From contig NC_058368.1 in assembly GCF_018350175.1 (NCBI RefSeq), forward strand, positions 228,906,001-228,970,000: DNA of 64,000 nucleotides, given 5' to 3'. Positions 36,859-49,919 of this stretch are shown here, piece by piece. The first letter of the stretch is position 1, and every line of letters starts with the position of its first letter. A program made the position numbers and the translations under genes. Source of the stretch: Felis catus. Lineage: Eukaryota. The notes under the pieces were generated by a model that did not search any database, was not told where the DNA came from, and saw nothing but the letters and a program-made list of their open reading frames with translations.

Positions 36859-37830
36859 GTTTCCCATTGCAATCAGAGTCACGGATTTTTTCCTATGTTC
36901 TATGAGACCTTGCATGTTCTTCCCCTAATCATGTCTTTTACTACTCCAGAACACCTCCAAATTTGAAGCCTGAAGTTAAAATATTTTATGATCTGCATTC
37001 GTCTACTTTTAGAATCAAAAAATAAATAAATTTATACTCACAAAGCATTCAAAATAATAAAATCATCACTATTTATAAAGTATGTGTGTGTTCTTGAAGA
37101 CAGAGCTTGAAGAAAGGTGACATTGCTTTAAGAAAAGTAAATCTCTTTGGGCTAGATAGTTTTTGAGATTTCTTTTATATCCATCTATCTGAGAGTATTT
37201 AAAAGGGAATAAACAAACCATCATTGAAACTTTTATCCCTTCTTCAATGCTTAATTCAGATACTCTTACAGGTACAAAATATATTGAACAATTTGTTGAT
37301 CATAGGTTGCATCACAAGTTACATCTCAATCCACATGACATCAAAAAGTACAGTCTTAATAATTTTTAGTGTTCCAAATATAATTTTGTTTTTATTTTAT
37401 AAGAATTTATAAATATTAATAAGTTAATATGGAATTATGTTATAATGGTCTTTAACTGTAAAGACAGAATTAGAATCAAACAGGTAGAACTAAGAGTTTG
37501 AATCCTTTTACAAGTACCTGTAAAGTTTAGCCATATCTTCTAAGACATTACGGTGTAAAAAGCTGCAGTCAATGTGCCATATGGAGAAAGAGAGAAATTG
37601 TGTAAAAAGCTTCACAAAAGAAGAATTACATTAAAGAATGTTGACATTCATTAAAAGAAATATCACACTGAGAGACAAGAATATCGGATGAAATCAAGGA
37701 AAAGTAAATATGAAATAAATAACAATGTATTAGTATTGATTTTTTAATTTGCAATAATACTGGATTTTAGCTGTAGAATATATTCCCAATTGAAAACATA
37801 AATTTATCTTTAATAAAATATTATTTATAC

Positions 37831-38010
37831 TAGATGTCAGCAAACTACAGCCTGCAGCATTGAGCAAATCCAGCCTTCATCATTCATTTATGTACCGTCT
37901 GTGGCTACTTTTGTATTATAAATGGTGTGTAGTTTGAGCAGAGACCATATGGCCAGAAAAGCCAAAACATTTACTATCTGACCCTTAATAAGAAACATTT
38001 GCCCATGCTA
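37831..38010 (+). mobile_element. MER58A-like hAT-Charlie MITE
   Basis: gtcagcaaactacagcctgc, cagagaccatatggcc...aagccaaaacatttactatctgaccctt. Confidence 0.8.
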
Positions 38011-38667
38011 ATTTATGTTAATTATGTATCAAAGCATTTTTAGACATACTTGCAACTTGTCTATTTGTTCTATAATTACATTGGCTAAAATTTTTAAATA
38101 ATAATTTAAATTAATTTGTTCATTGGCTAAATGAGCATCTGATATTCTGATACCACAAGCTAATAATGAAAAACTTGGCTTCCTTATATCTAAGTAATTT
38201 TAGTCTTGTTTTATATTTCCTAATAAATAAATTTAAACTGAAATGAATTTAAACCTCAAGAATCAATAAGGTTACTAAATGCCCCAAATGTATATCCTTT
38301 AATTAAATATTCTTACTCGAATACAAGAATAGTGACTAACAAAAAACATCAGGTAAAATTATATTAACCACATCAGCATCATAGTGTGATAGGGTAGCAT
38401 GGTTCTTGCTCATAAGTCTTTAAATAAAGTAAGAAATCAAAGTAAATAATAGGAATCTTTAGAAAACAGTGAGATGCAGTTTTTAGTAATTACTAATATT
38501 TATTTATTTTAAAAATAAAATAATATTCATATTTTATTATCAACCTGATTAATGCAGCATGTAAGATTATTCTGCTTATATCTGTGATTGAAAAGACCTA
38601 AATTAACTAAAATGAAGTAAAAGTAGTTAAAAATTCAAAGTGGTGTCCATAGCAATTGAGGTATCAT

Positions 38668-38892
38668 GCTCTCTCTCTCTCTCTTTTTTTTTTTTTTTTT
38701 GAGGGAGTGCATGTCGGGGAGGGGCAGAAGAAGAGGGAAGAGGAGAGAGAGAGAGACAGAGAGAGAGAATCTTAAGCAGGATCCATGCCCAGTGGAGAGC
38801 TTGATTTGGACTTGATCTTAAGACCATGAGATCATGACCTGAGCTGAAATCAAGAGTTGGATGCTTAACCGACTGAGCCACCCAGGCACCCC
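38668..38892 (-). mobile_element. CAN-SINE
   Basis: TSD caattgaggtatcat on both sides. Confidence 0.95.
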
Positions 38893-40618
38893 AACAATTG
38901 AGGTATCATAAATGCACACAAAATGAGCTTCCCTGATAGGAAATCTATGAAAACAAATTACATATTAGAATATATTTACATTTATGAGTGGCCACATGCC
39001 ATAAATATCACATTTGTATCTTAATTAAAATGTATTTTTTTTTAGCCAAAGGAAAAAAAATTCATATATTCAATCCTGAAAGTCTGTGGGTCCCTAACAT
39101 AGAATAAATTGTATTTAAAGGACACAACATTTTAAACAATGTTATGACATTTAATCCACAGTAATATATGTTGTAGAGCTCAATCTGAGCATAGTGAATA
39201 GATATAAATAGTAATGTTTTCCTTAAGTTCACATCTCCCTTTCCTGCCCCCTCTTTTGCTCCTCCTTCTATCTTTCTTTTTTACCATTCCTTTTAGCTCT
39301 CTTTACAACTGGATGTGTCTTAGAGTATAAATAAGAAGAACTTGCCTTGGGTGTCATGTGACCTGAGCATGCAGTATTTCATTAGAGGAGAATTGATGGA
39401 TTCAAAATCCCCAAACTAGTGAAAAAGTGGTTGGAGTCTAGAGAACCCAAAGCAGGAATTAGAAAGAAAAGTTACCGTTTCCTAGATCAATTCTATTGCA
39501 CTTTTCTTGATATGACCATAAGATTATTTTATCCTGTTCATTTTATTCATGGATATGGTGTTTTGAATGTATGTCATTTCATTAGGGAGTTTTAGCCTCC
39601 TCATCCAGTTTTCAGAATTAATTGTAGGCTGAAATACATTATTTGATAGACTGCCATTGTACAAGATTGTAAAATAAATGTCTAAGCCATGGAAACTATA
39701 AACATAATTATGAATTATTTCAGATGGTTTCATGGAGAGGGTATTTAGATCTTTCAAAACAGTGCATATTTTCTAGTAACTAATGGTCATCTGAAGAGAG
39801 CTGATCATCTATAATAACCAAATTATAACATTTTATAGATATATATTTTCAGATTTTTTTCTCCAATTTCAGTCACAATATAAAAGACATAGTTAAAAAT
39901 AGGAATACAGATGGCATAGCAAGATTTCTACATTTCTAGATATTTAGAGATTTCTATATTATAATATTATAAATGAAGTGTTTTACTTTCTATTCAATTA
40001 AATATATAATTGCTATATATATCTGATTGCATATAGCACTAAATTAGTCTCAAACTAAACATTGATGCATGACTGAATAATGGTAAGTTAAATTAATATA
40101 CACTTTAAAGATGAACACTTATTAAACTCTATGCTATGGATTCTCCTCAAGGTCCTTGATAATATAAAGCATAGTCTCTCGTGAATTAAAGAAACATTTA
40201 ATAATTAAGTTAAATAATGAATTGTATAAATATCTACAATCCATGAAAGCTACTATGATGAAAGTATATAATACTTTGTGACCAGATCTCATTTTCTAAC
40301 ATTCTCGAATAAATGGATAGAGGGCTCCTTAGAGAAATGGTTGATGTGGTACTGGGAAGGAAATATACAAAATAAACCTAGAGCATCTCAAGGAAGTGAT
40401 TAAAAATAAGCAAATGAAACAAAAAACTCACATTAATGGGGATATATCAAAGGGACATATCAAAGAGCCACCTGAAAGAAAACCTAATGGCCAAAGCTAA
40501 AACAATTTGAGGAACAAAGTAAAGGAAGTAATTGCATTGTAGCCCAAAGTATAAAATAAACCTTAATGAGTCCATCAGTATGGACAAATAAATTATTAAA
40601 TTAAAAAAAGTGAGTGAT

Positions 40619-40808
40619 GGGGCTCCTGGGTGGCTCAGTCAGGTAAATGTCCGACTTCTGTTCAGGTCATGATCTCGTGGTTCATGGGTTCTGACAGCTC
40701 AGAGCCTGGAGCCCGTTTCAGATTCTGTGTCTCCCTCTCACTGTTCCTCTCCCACTCTCATTCTGTCTCTCTCTCTCTCAAAAATAAATAAAGATTAAAA
40801 AAAATTTT
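40619..40808 (+). mobile_element. CAN-SINE (internal deletion)
   Basis: ggggctcctgggtggctcagtc head; tail aaaaataaataaa. Confidence 0.93.
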
Positions 40809-41320
40809 AAGTGATAATTCCTTTATGTGGATATTCCACCCTCGATGAGGTGGGTACAGCTCCCTCCTCTTTAGTGTGGGCTATACCTAGTGACTTCCTT
40901 CCAAAAAGTACTGTAAAGAGAAAAGATATTTGGTAGGTGGATGGGGAGTGAGTCACTTTACAGTGCATAGTGTAAAATCCTGACAAATATCACCTCAGTC
41001 TGCTGATAAAGGTCAACATCAACAATGTAAGTCATTATAATATGCTGATTCCATGTGCCTTTGCTAAGTTGTCATTATAATGGCACTTAACCTTGTCTTT
41101 CTTCCAAGAGCATATAACCCCTGTCTACTCACGAGATACTGTAAAGCCCAATATAGAGACACACTGCAAAATATCAAACCAGTGTTTTTCAAAATTATCA
41201 AGTTATCAAAACAAGAGAGCCTGAAAAACTGTAATAATCAAGACAAGCCTGCAAAAACATTATAGATAAATATAGCATGGTATCTTGGATGATATCCTGG
41301 AACAGAAAAAAGACAGGAGT

Positions 41321-41560
41321 GGGGTGCCCAGGTGGCTCAGTCAGTTAAGCATCCAACTTTTGATTTCGGCTCAAGTCATGATCTCAAGGTTTGTGAGTTT
41401 GAGATCCACATTGGGCCCTGTACTGACAGTGTGGAGCCTGCTTGGGATTCTCTCTCCCCCCCCCCCCCCCCCCGTCTCTCTACCCCTCTGCCACTCACAC
41501 TGTCTCTATCTCTCTCAAAAATAAATAAACAAACTTAAAAAAAAATTTTTTAAAGAAAAA
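41321..41560 (+). mobile_element. CAN-SINE with poly-C run
   Basis: ggggtgcccaggtggctcagtcagttaagc head; long C run at 41456-41473. Confidence 0.93.
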
Positions 41561-42284
41561 AAGGAGATAAAACAGAAGAACATCTGTATAATGTATGAAT
41601 TTTAGTTAATAGTGATGTATCCATACTGGTTCGTTGATTATAACAAATGTAACATACCAACGTGAAATGTTAATTACAGGAGAAATTGGCTTCAGTCTAT
41701 ACGGAGACTTTGTGCTATCTTCTTAATAGTTGTATACATCTAATACTATTCTAAATTACAGTTAATTTTTTAAAAAAGGGTGCAACTTAAATTATAGTTT
41801 GTAGTGAGAGACAGACCATGTCTAGGAATTCAGGGAAGGTTTTCCTGAGGACATGATATTTAGACTGAAATCTAAACAATCTGTTATTAAAAGAAAACTA
41901 AGTGAAAATTATTTAAATAATGTCTAAAGCAAAGGTAAACACATGGGCAAACCAACAAGATGGGGAGGAGTGTGGTAGAATTCAACATCTGCAGAGCGTT
42001 TTGTGGGAATACAAAGGATGTAGACATCTTTGGTAGGCTAAAGATGCAGATCAAGATTGCATCATGCTTGGCTTCTAGGACTGAACATTTCCCACCTATC
42101 TATTCTTCATGTTTCTGTGTTGAGGGATGCCATCAGAGCAGAGTTCTCGGCTTCTTGCCCAGGCTTCATTCACTCTTTACTATGGAAGAACAAGGAAATA
42201 TCTATGGTTCATAGGGGACAGTCAATAGCTTACACTTCTTGCTTGTGCATGGCTATTCAAATATAAGTATATAAGAATGTATAC

Positions 42285-42497
42285 TTTTTTTTTTAACGTT
42301 TATTTATTTTTGAGATAGAGAGAGACAGAGCATGAATAGGGGAGGGACAGAGAGAGAGGGAGACGCAGAATCTGAAACAGGCTCCAGGCTCTGAGCTGTC
42401 AGCACAGAGCCTGACGCGGGGCTCGAACTCACGGACTGTGAGATCATGACCTGAGCCGAAGTCGGACGCTCAACCGACTGAGCCACCCAGGCGCCCC
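42285..42497 (-). mobile_element. CAN-SINE (SINEC_Fc-like, young)
   Basis: TSD aagaatgtatactttt on both sides. Confidence 0.97.
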
Positions 42498-42534
42498 AAG
42501 AATGTATACTTTTTAAAAAGAGAGAGAGATGACA

Positions 42535-42742
42535 GGGGTGCCTGGGTGGCTCAGTTGGTTGAGTCCAACTCATGCTTTTGGCTCAGGGCGTGATCTCACA
42601 GCTTCATGAGTCTGACACCCTCATCAGCCTCTGCTCTGGCAGTGTGGAACTTGCTTGGGATTCTCTCTCTCCCTCTCTCTCTGCCCTTCCTCCATTTTCA
42701 CTGTCTCTGTTTCTCTCAAAATAAGTAAATAATCTTTAAAAA
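42535..42742 (+). mobile_element. CAN-SINE (older)
   Basis: ggggtgcctgggtggctcagttgg head. Confidence 0.95.
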
Positions 42743-44591
42743 AGAGAGAGAGAGAGAAAGGACAAGTTAATTTCTAGTTCCAGCTAAAGTGTTATTGCAA
42801 ACATGGAATATCCAATTGTGTTTAATAGGAATAGAGGGAGACAAGAGAAGGCTAACAGTTAAGTAAGATGGCCAATGAACTAAAACATAATTCAACATAC
42901 ATTTTAATAAAATTCGAAGAAGAAAATATTCAATTCATTTTTCCTTTATGGCAATAAAGAAGAAATTTGAATATATGCCAGATGTTTATTGCTATATTTA
43001 CAAATATTATTTTGCAATTATATGAGGATAAGAAACTTTATCTTCCAGTCTGAAATTTCTTTGAGACTAAGATTCGTAGCTGGGAACCTTGGAATAATAC
43101 GGAATGCTTTTTCTAAGATACTCTTGAATTAACCTTGAACTGTCAGACAGAAGATAGGCCATTATCTTGTAAAATCAGAAAATGCTGCAGCTTAGTTACT
43201 TCTCAAAATTTCACAATCAATAAGCAACGAAGTGACCTTTTAAATATGTATGTGTTTGATTCCAAACCTCAGTTGCAAACACACGGCAGCTTTAACCGGA
43301 CAACTGTGGCGAGACAAATGGATGAGAGTCTACTCTTCAATGTTGTATGACGTCTACTAGGCAGTTCTCGAATTTCCTGATCTAAAGTCTTTAAAAATGG
43401 TCAAGACCATAGTGTCACCAAGACAAATCCCAAAGGGTGAGTTTGTTTGGGCCATTGCCGAAACTATTTGCATTGAAACTCACTTTCATTTACCAGATAT
43501 CTACTGAGGGCAAATTCAAAAGGGTCTTGCTAAAGAAAGAAGAGGAATAAAAATTTGAGAAGTTGGTATAAAACACCGTGTGTATATTGGCTGCCAGAGC
43601 ACGGTTGCCACAGGATGTTTGTATGTGTTCAGAGATGGAAATATGACATTTTAGCAAAAATATATTGCATGGTGCCAAGAGGCAAAATTAACAGTAGTTA
43701 CTGGCTTTGCTTCCAGCAGCCACTCACCTTAATAAACTAAATAAAGAAACATGAAATCATATTTCAGTGTATTTAGAGACACGTATTTCTCCAACGATTT
43801 TAGAACCTTCTGCAGTGGAATAAAAAGTGGAATGTTCATAAAAAGTGATGAATAATATGTTATTCATCAAGATCACTAAATGCCAGTGTTTTATTTCAGG
43901 ATGAGAGCAATTTGATAACAACATTTCAAAGCTTGCTTTCGGGTTAAGTTGGGTTAGAGTTCTTTCCTAGATAGATCAATGTTTGAGGAAAGAAGGGATA
44001 CTGCTGGAAAGAATTTGCCTGATTCATAGCCCCTTCCATTTGCATAGGAGAAGAAATTTAGTGTATCAGCACACTCTCTTAATTTGTCTTTTTAATAATA
44101 TTTTCATGAACATAAAGCCAACATATTTCTACTAGTCTTTAATAAATAATTTATCTCCATAAGTAGACATTCTTATTGTTCTGTGATGACAAGATAGGAA
44201 GTCAATGTTTTTCATAACTTAATACTCTCTGAGCATGTTCTATGTTAATATTTTGAATAATTTGAACTATGTGAAAATAACCTCAATATATCAGTTTGTG
44301 TCTGCTCCCTAAAATCACATCCCCTAAGGATAGACAGGCCTGAAGACATACATTCAAAAGCTGACATTTTATTATGTCCGTTGAAAGAAGTATTTCATTT
44401 ATGTCATCATTTAGAGAAAATGAATTCAATTTGGTTCAAAAATGTCTTTCTCTATTTTAATTAAAAATTATCCTTATAGTAAATTAACAATTCTTAGTCA
44501 AAAATAATTTTCCCTTTTATTCATGATTTTAAAAAATTGTGGTCACATATGGTAACAATTTTAATTATATGCCATTTAGGATTTTAATATT

Positions 44592-44798
44592 AAAAAAATT
44601 AATGTTTATTAACTTTTTGAGAGACAGAGTGTGAGCAGGGCAGGGGCAGAGAGAGACAGGGAGACACCGAATCCTAAGCAGGCTCCAGGCTCTGTGCTGA
44701 CAGCAGAGAGCCCGACGCGGGGCTTGAACTCATAAACCGTGAGATCATGACTTGAGCTGAAATCAGACACTTAACCAACTGAGCCACCCAGGCGCCCC
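44592..44798 (-). mobile_element. CAN-SINE
   Basis: TSD attttaatatt on both sides. Confidence 0.95.
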
Positions 44799-45014
44799 TA
44801 GAATTTTAATATTTTAAATTTGAAAGCATCAATATTAAAAATATGAATGGAGATGTTACAAGTTTACTGGTATCTTTAACATTTTTAACCAAATGTGTGA
44901 TACAAATATATTTGATGGGTGGTGTTATGGGAAGAGTACCTTACACTGGAAACAGAAAAAAAGAACACTAAGTTATCATCTCCTTAGTATGAAGTCAATA
45001 AAACACACCTAATA

Positions 45015-45016
<2 letters not shown>

Positions 45017-45061
<45 letters not shown>
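45017..45061 (+). repeat. Pure (A)45 homopolymer
   Basis: Direct count; AATAAA at 44997-45002 upstream. Confidence 0.95.
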
Positions 45062-45064
<3 letters not shown>

Positions 45065-45305
45065 ACCAATTCCAATTCAAGGATGTAATTGAGGCTAGTG
45101 GGACAAAATAGTAAAGTAACAAGCTAAAGAGATGAATTTAATTGCATATGGGGACAGAGAAATCATGAAGAGGGAGGAGGGGAGAACAGAAGCCTGATAG
45201 TCTTTGAAAAAATTTTTCTAAAATTATTTAATGCTTTAAAACGAGGGCATCTATACTGCTGCTCTTTTTGTTTAACTGAATAAGATGAAAGGAAAATGTA
45301 TTGTT

Positions 45306-45368
45306 CTATGTTTGTTTGTTTATTTATTTATTTATTTATCTTCAGAGAGAGAGGGAGAGAGAGCCAGG

Positions 45369-45402
<34 letters not shown>

Positions 45403-45499
45403 GAGAGAGGGATACAGAGAATCCCAGTAACCCTGAGATCAACACCTGAGCCGAAATCGAGAGTCAGACGCTTAAGCAACTGAGTCACCCAGGCGCCCC
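45306..45499 (-). mobile_element. CAN-SINE with internal deletion and expanded (GA)n
   Basis: TSD aaaggaaaatgtattgtt / aaagggaaatgtattgtt. Confidence 0.92.
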
Positions 45500-45666
45500 A
45501 AAAGGGAAATGTATTGTTAACAAAAGCAGCTGTCAGTGCTTCTAATTAAGAAAATGAGAATTTTTTTCAATCAGAAGTGTTTAAAAACTACAGATTCTAA
45601 TTTATAAGTAATTGAAATATTTGTAAAACATAAAGATATAGAATTATTAATAGACATAATACTTGA

Positions 45667-45868
45667 AGGGGGGAGAGGAAGGGGGGAGAAGTTACAGAGA
45701 GGGAAGGAGGCAAACCATAAGAGACTCTTAAAAACTGAGAATCAACTGAGGGTTGATGGGGAGTGGGAGCGAGGGGAGGGTGGGTGATGGGCATTGAGGA
45801 GGTCACCTGTTGGGATGAGCACTGGGTGTTGTATGGAAACCAATTTGACAATAAATTTCATTTAAAAA
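45667..45868 (+). mobile_element. Felid L1 (L1_Fc-like) 5'-truncated 3' end
   Basis: ggcaaaccataagagactctta, gggatgagcactgggtgttgtatggaaaccaatttgacaataaa; TSD agacataatacttga / agacataaaacttga. Confidence 0.93.
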
Positions 45869-46685
45869 AGACATAAAACTTGATAGTTAATGGTATAACA
45901 ATATAATCTTAGAATACTGAAATGATAATTAATGTCAGAGAACATTGTTTTTCCACATATGAATGTCAGAGAGATTCCAATTCAATTTGGTATTCAAGTC
46001 TTCTCTTTGAAGCTCTGTTTCTTTGACAATATGTACAGTTTTCAATGGCAGATTCAAACTTTTTCAAAATATACACATCTTTTAAAAAATCACATCACAT
46101 AATAACAATTCAAATGATTTCTCAAGGTCCAGAAGTATGCATTGTATTAAATAATAAATAATATAGTTATATTAACAATTCATATTAAGTAATAAACAGT
46201 TAAGCTTGGATACAATCTTTTACCAAGATGGGAATTAGCAGATAGTAGTGTAGTGTAATAAAACTGCATTTTTAAAAAATTTAATAGCAAACCTTACCGT
46301 ACCATGTGCATTTTCCCTCACGATTCTGGTTAATATAATTAAACTCCCACAATTTGGATTCCTTGGTGGTAGCTATGATTTTTCATGGGCAACAGGAAAG
46401 CTAGGCCACTCATCCAATAATATGTTTAATTGAATTAATTGCAGAAATTATGTTGAATGCTAAATAAAGACAGAAAAATGAATTAATCAAGAATTTGTAA
46501 ATCTACTAGGTACTGTGGGGGAGAGAGTCTAATGAAAATGCCTTTCAAAATTGCATTATTCTTAATATCATCAATTCACTTTGAAATTTCCTGACGAAAT
46601 TTTGAACAATTATGTTTGTTGGTTAAAGGTGTTGTGAAGTTTTATTTTGGTTACATAAGTTAGAAGGCCACTAAACAATATTTTA

Positions 46686-46899
46686 AATTTTTTTTTCAAC
46701 ATTTATTTATTTTTGGGACAGAGAGAGACAGAGCGTGAACAGGGGAGGGGCAGAGAGAGAGGGAGACACAGAATCGGAAGCAGGCTCCAGGCTCTGAGCC
46801 ATCAGCCCAGAGCCCGACGCGGGGCTCGAACTCACGGACCCTGAGATCGTGACCTGGCTGAAGTCGGACGCTTAACCGACTGCGCCACCCAGGCGCCCC
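46686..46899 (-). mobile_element. CAN-SINE, youngest subfamily
   Basis: gacctggctgaagtcggacgcttaaccgactgcgccacc; TSD acaatatttta. Confidence 0.97.
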
Positions 46900-46959
46900 A
46901 CAATATTTTAGATCATACACCAGAAAAGTCTGTTTAGTAATATATAATATCCTGATTTC

Positions 46960-47545
46960 CCAGAATGCCTTCGCTCCCATTTCTACCCAGTCTTTCTAAA
47001 ATATGCATTCTCATGTAATTTCTCTCCTTAAAACTCTTCAATAACCCCTCATTGTTTTCAGTAGGATGTCCAAGTGTGTTAGGTGCCATCTGGGGTTTCC
47101 CCACCACCTAAAAAATTTGGACAATTGAGCTTTGTGTCTCTATTGTAGTGAAAAGCTTTGTGAAGGCCCCGATTTATCAGATCTTTGTGTCTTAGATCAC
47201 CCCGCTTTCTCCATGGGAAAGGAAGGCATTTGTACTCTCCTCCTACCACCCCATTCCCTTTAGAGAGATATGTATACCTCATCATTTAAACTCATTTCTT
47301 GAACCATCCTTTCTCTGACTCCTTTGATACTTCCTCTGTCTCTTGGCAACAATTGACCACTCTCTTCCTTCAGCTTCTCATTTGCTTTTTTCAGATATCT
47401 GGTATGTGAGCTAAAACATTGTACTGCACTGTGTAGTGTCTGACTCCCCCACTGCAAGCTCAGTAAGGTATAGAGACTTCATGATTTTTTTTGTACCCCT
47501 TGTACCTACATAGAAAAGGTGCAAAATAAGTGCTTGCTGAATAAC
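46960..47545 (+). mobile_element. Degraded L2 3' region
   Basis: cttaaaactcttcaataacccctcattg and 3' end gtctgactccccca...aagtgcttgctgaataa. Confidence 0.55.
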
Positions 47546-47813
47546 AACCAAAATCATAATATAGAATTAAGAAATTTGGCCCCATTTTACAAGAACACAT
47601 TTTGCTAAACTGATATATCTCTGGGAAAGAATTGCAAGCAAAAATCAAGCTAACTCCAATGCCAGTGAGGGGGTTAAGAAGTTGAAACTTGAAAACTGCA
47701 TCGTTACACTACGAATGTGTGGCATATTTTGAGTTAATAAGACTTTTCTCAAATCTCTTGGTTGCAATTAGCCCAAGAAGTAGAGCTAATATATGATTTC
47801 AGATTCCTAAAAC

Positions 47814-47849
47814 ATATTTTAAATATTTTAAATATTTTAAATATTTTAA
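47814..47849. repeat. Tandem 9-mer (atattttaa)x4
   Basis: Direct reading. Confidence 0.9.
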
Positions 47850-48025
47850 AATGCCATTAATAATGCTATTCTTAGCAAATGAATCTATTTGTTTATTGAG
47901 GAAGACCCAAAGGACAAACCAACCAAAAAAAGTGGTTGAAATATATTAAGTAAAGAAGACAAAATATTGCTCAAGTATTTCCATACTCTGGACTAAATGA
48001 ATATGACTACTCATCAGGAAGTATT

Positions 48026-48241
48026 TTTTTTTAAGTTTTACTTTTACTTATTTTGAGACAGAGAGAGTGTGAGCAGGGAAGAGGCAGAGAGAGAGAGAGA
48101 GAAGGAGAGAATCCCAAGCAAGCTCTGCACATGTCAGTGTGCAGAGCAGATGTGGGGCTTGAACCCATAAAACCATGAGATCATGACCTGAGCCAAAATC
48201 AAGAGTTGGTAGCTCAACCGACTGAGCCACCCAGGTGCCCC
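48026..48241 (-). mobile_element. CAN-SINE
   Basis: TSD aggaagtatt on both sides. Confidence 0.95.
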
Positions 48242-49544
48242 AGGAAGTATTGTTTTACTTATTCGATATAATTTTTTCAAGGGAAACAAACAACAGTTTA
48301 AAAATGCTTAGAAGAGCAAATATCCATATGAACATTACTGTATGCTCTCACATGGCCTAATTGCATGTAAATACAAAATTGTAGAACAATATCTCTGATT
48401 ATTACATTTGTTTCTGAAAATCATTCTCTTACTGTGAGTTTTGCTGAAAATGAGTTAACTATGTGGCAAAATGAATATGGGAATCTCTGCAATAATCAAT
48501 ATGTTTGGAATAATTTGGATTTTCCAGTCATGTGGCCAGTGTGCTGGTTTTACCTCTTTCTCCAATTTCATGTTCTGTGGTCATTACAGACTTTGTGTTG
48601 TGTGATTGTTAGTCACCACTGAGGGCCTAACAACAGTCTCTCTTTAAATAGGAAGACATATGAAGTAAGCACACAACTTCTGAGGCTTGGATATCTTGGA
48701 TCATGTTAGTGAATCTTTAGACAGGAATTTCCCCCGGCTGGGAATCTCTCTGGAGAGATCCAGAGAACAAACATTTGCCTTATCTTGGACTATTGGTCAT
48801 GTCGACGCCTCTTCCTCATGATCTGATAGTTTAATTTAGACTCTTCCTGACCCTTCACCATCAGCTAGTAGTTCTGGGAATTGACAAGCTGTTTCATTCT
48901 TTTCACATGTTTTGGCAGGCTTTTCCCTTCCATTTTCCCAATCTCCCTCCTCTAATCTTACACAGGCCCCTGCCACTTACATCACCAATTTTGTGCTAAA
49001 TGATGCACCAATTCCTGAGGCAATTTTCACGAAGGCAGCAAATTCATCCAGCGGCCGCCTCTGAGTCAGAAGCTCTGAGATGATATAGCATCATCCATCA
49101 CTGTGTGAGCTGAAGTCATCTAACTCACCTCAGACACTCCTTTTCTATTACTCGCATAAACAAAAAATAATTAAAACAACAAAATAGAGAAATAAAATGG
49201 TAAGTTTATTTATATAGTCCACCTCTTATCCCATTCTGGATCAGAGCAAGCATATGATTAATTATTGAATTGACCGATCCATTCTTCTATTACACAATGA
49301 CCAAATCACTATAAAAGCACATCTGTATCCTGGAACATCAGATGCTGTATTTTAGCATAGTAGGGGTATTTTGGGGTCTTAATCAGAAAAATGCCAATTA
49401 TGGATCTACTTTTTTTATCCCATAAATATACCCTTTTTCTTAAATGTATGTAAGCTATCACTCATTGCACCATTTTGATTTCCAAGTTTTACATAATTCC
49501 GACATTTGCATGCCTTGCTTTGTCCATTTGTTATATGTAGCTTT

Positions 49545-49845
49545 GAATCAAACTACCTTAAAACTTACTAGCTGAACATATAGCCATTTTATTATATCTC
49601 ATCTTTTTATGAGAAATCGACTGGATGATTCTTCAGCTCTCTGTGGTGTTGACTAGGATTACCCCAAGGCGTTTAGATGGCAGCTGAACTGTGCTGGAAG
49701 GTCAAAGATGACTGTACTCGCACGCTGGCATCCTGGTGGAGTCAGCTGGAAGCTTGGGTCCTCTACATCGCTCTCTCTGTCCAAGTCCAGTGTGACACAT
49801 GATTGGCACCACTGTCCATCTAGTCATCTTGCACAGCTTCTGTGC
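49545..49845 (-). mobile_element. MLT1 (H/I-like) LTR fragment
   Basis: aaactaccttaaaactta, gctggaaggtcaaagatg, cagctggaagcttggg. Confidence 0.55.
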
Positions 49846-49919
49846 TATATGTCAGGTCACTGTCCTTATTGCCTCCTATTCCTCCCATTGTTGACGGAGG
49901 GATTCCTTGCCATAAGTAG

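Larger units (their letters stand above)
35100..36960 (+). mobile_element. L2 (ORF2 3' part), interrupted by a short SINE and an MLT1 LTR
   Basis: atttgaaacagttga, cttcttcacttggcctcca, tttaaatatcatctacgtattgataacccca, ccagtctgaacttc, gaaaaccttcaa...tttcccattgc. Confidence 0.8.
40280..41778 (+). mobile_element. L1MC/L1MD-like long 3'UTR, interrupted by two SINEs
   Basis: agggctccttagagaaatggttga, aatggccaaagct, agtgtgggct...gtgacttccttccaaa, atcctggaacagaaaaa, gtgctatcttc. Confidence 0.8.

Noticed and set aside
36520..36966. Longest ORF in the window (148 aa)
   Set aside because: Lies in antisense MLT1 LTR and L2 sequence; no recognisable domain
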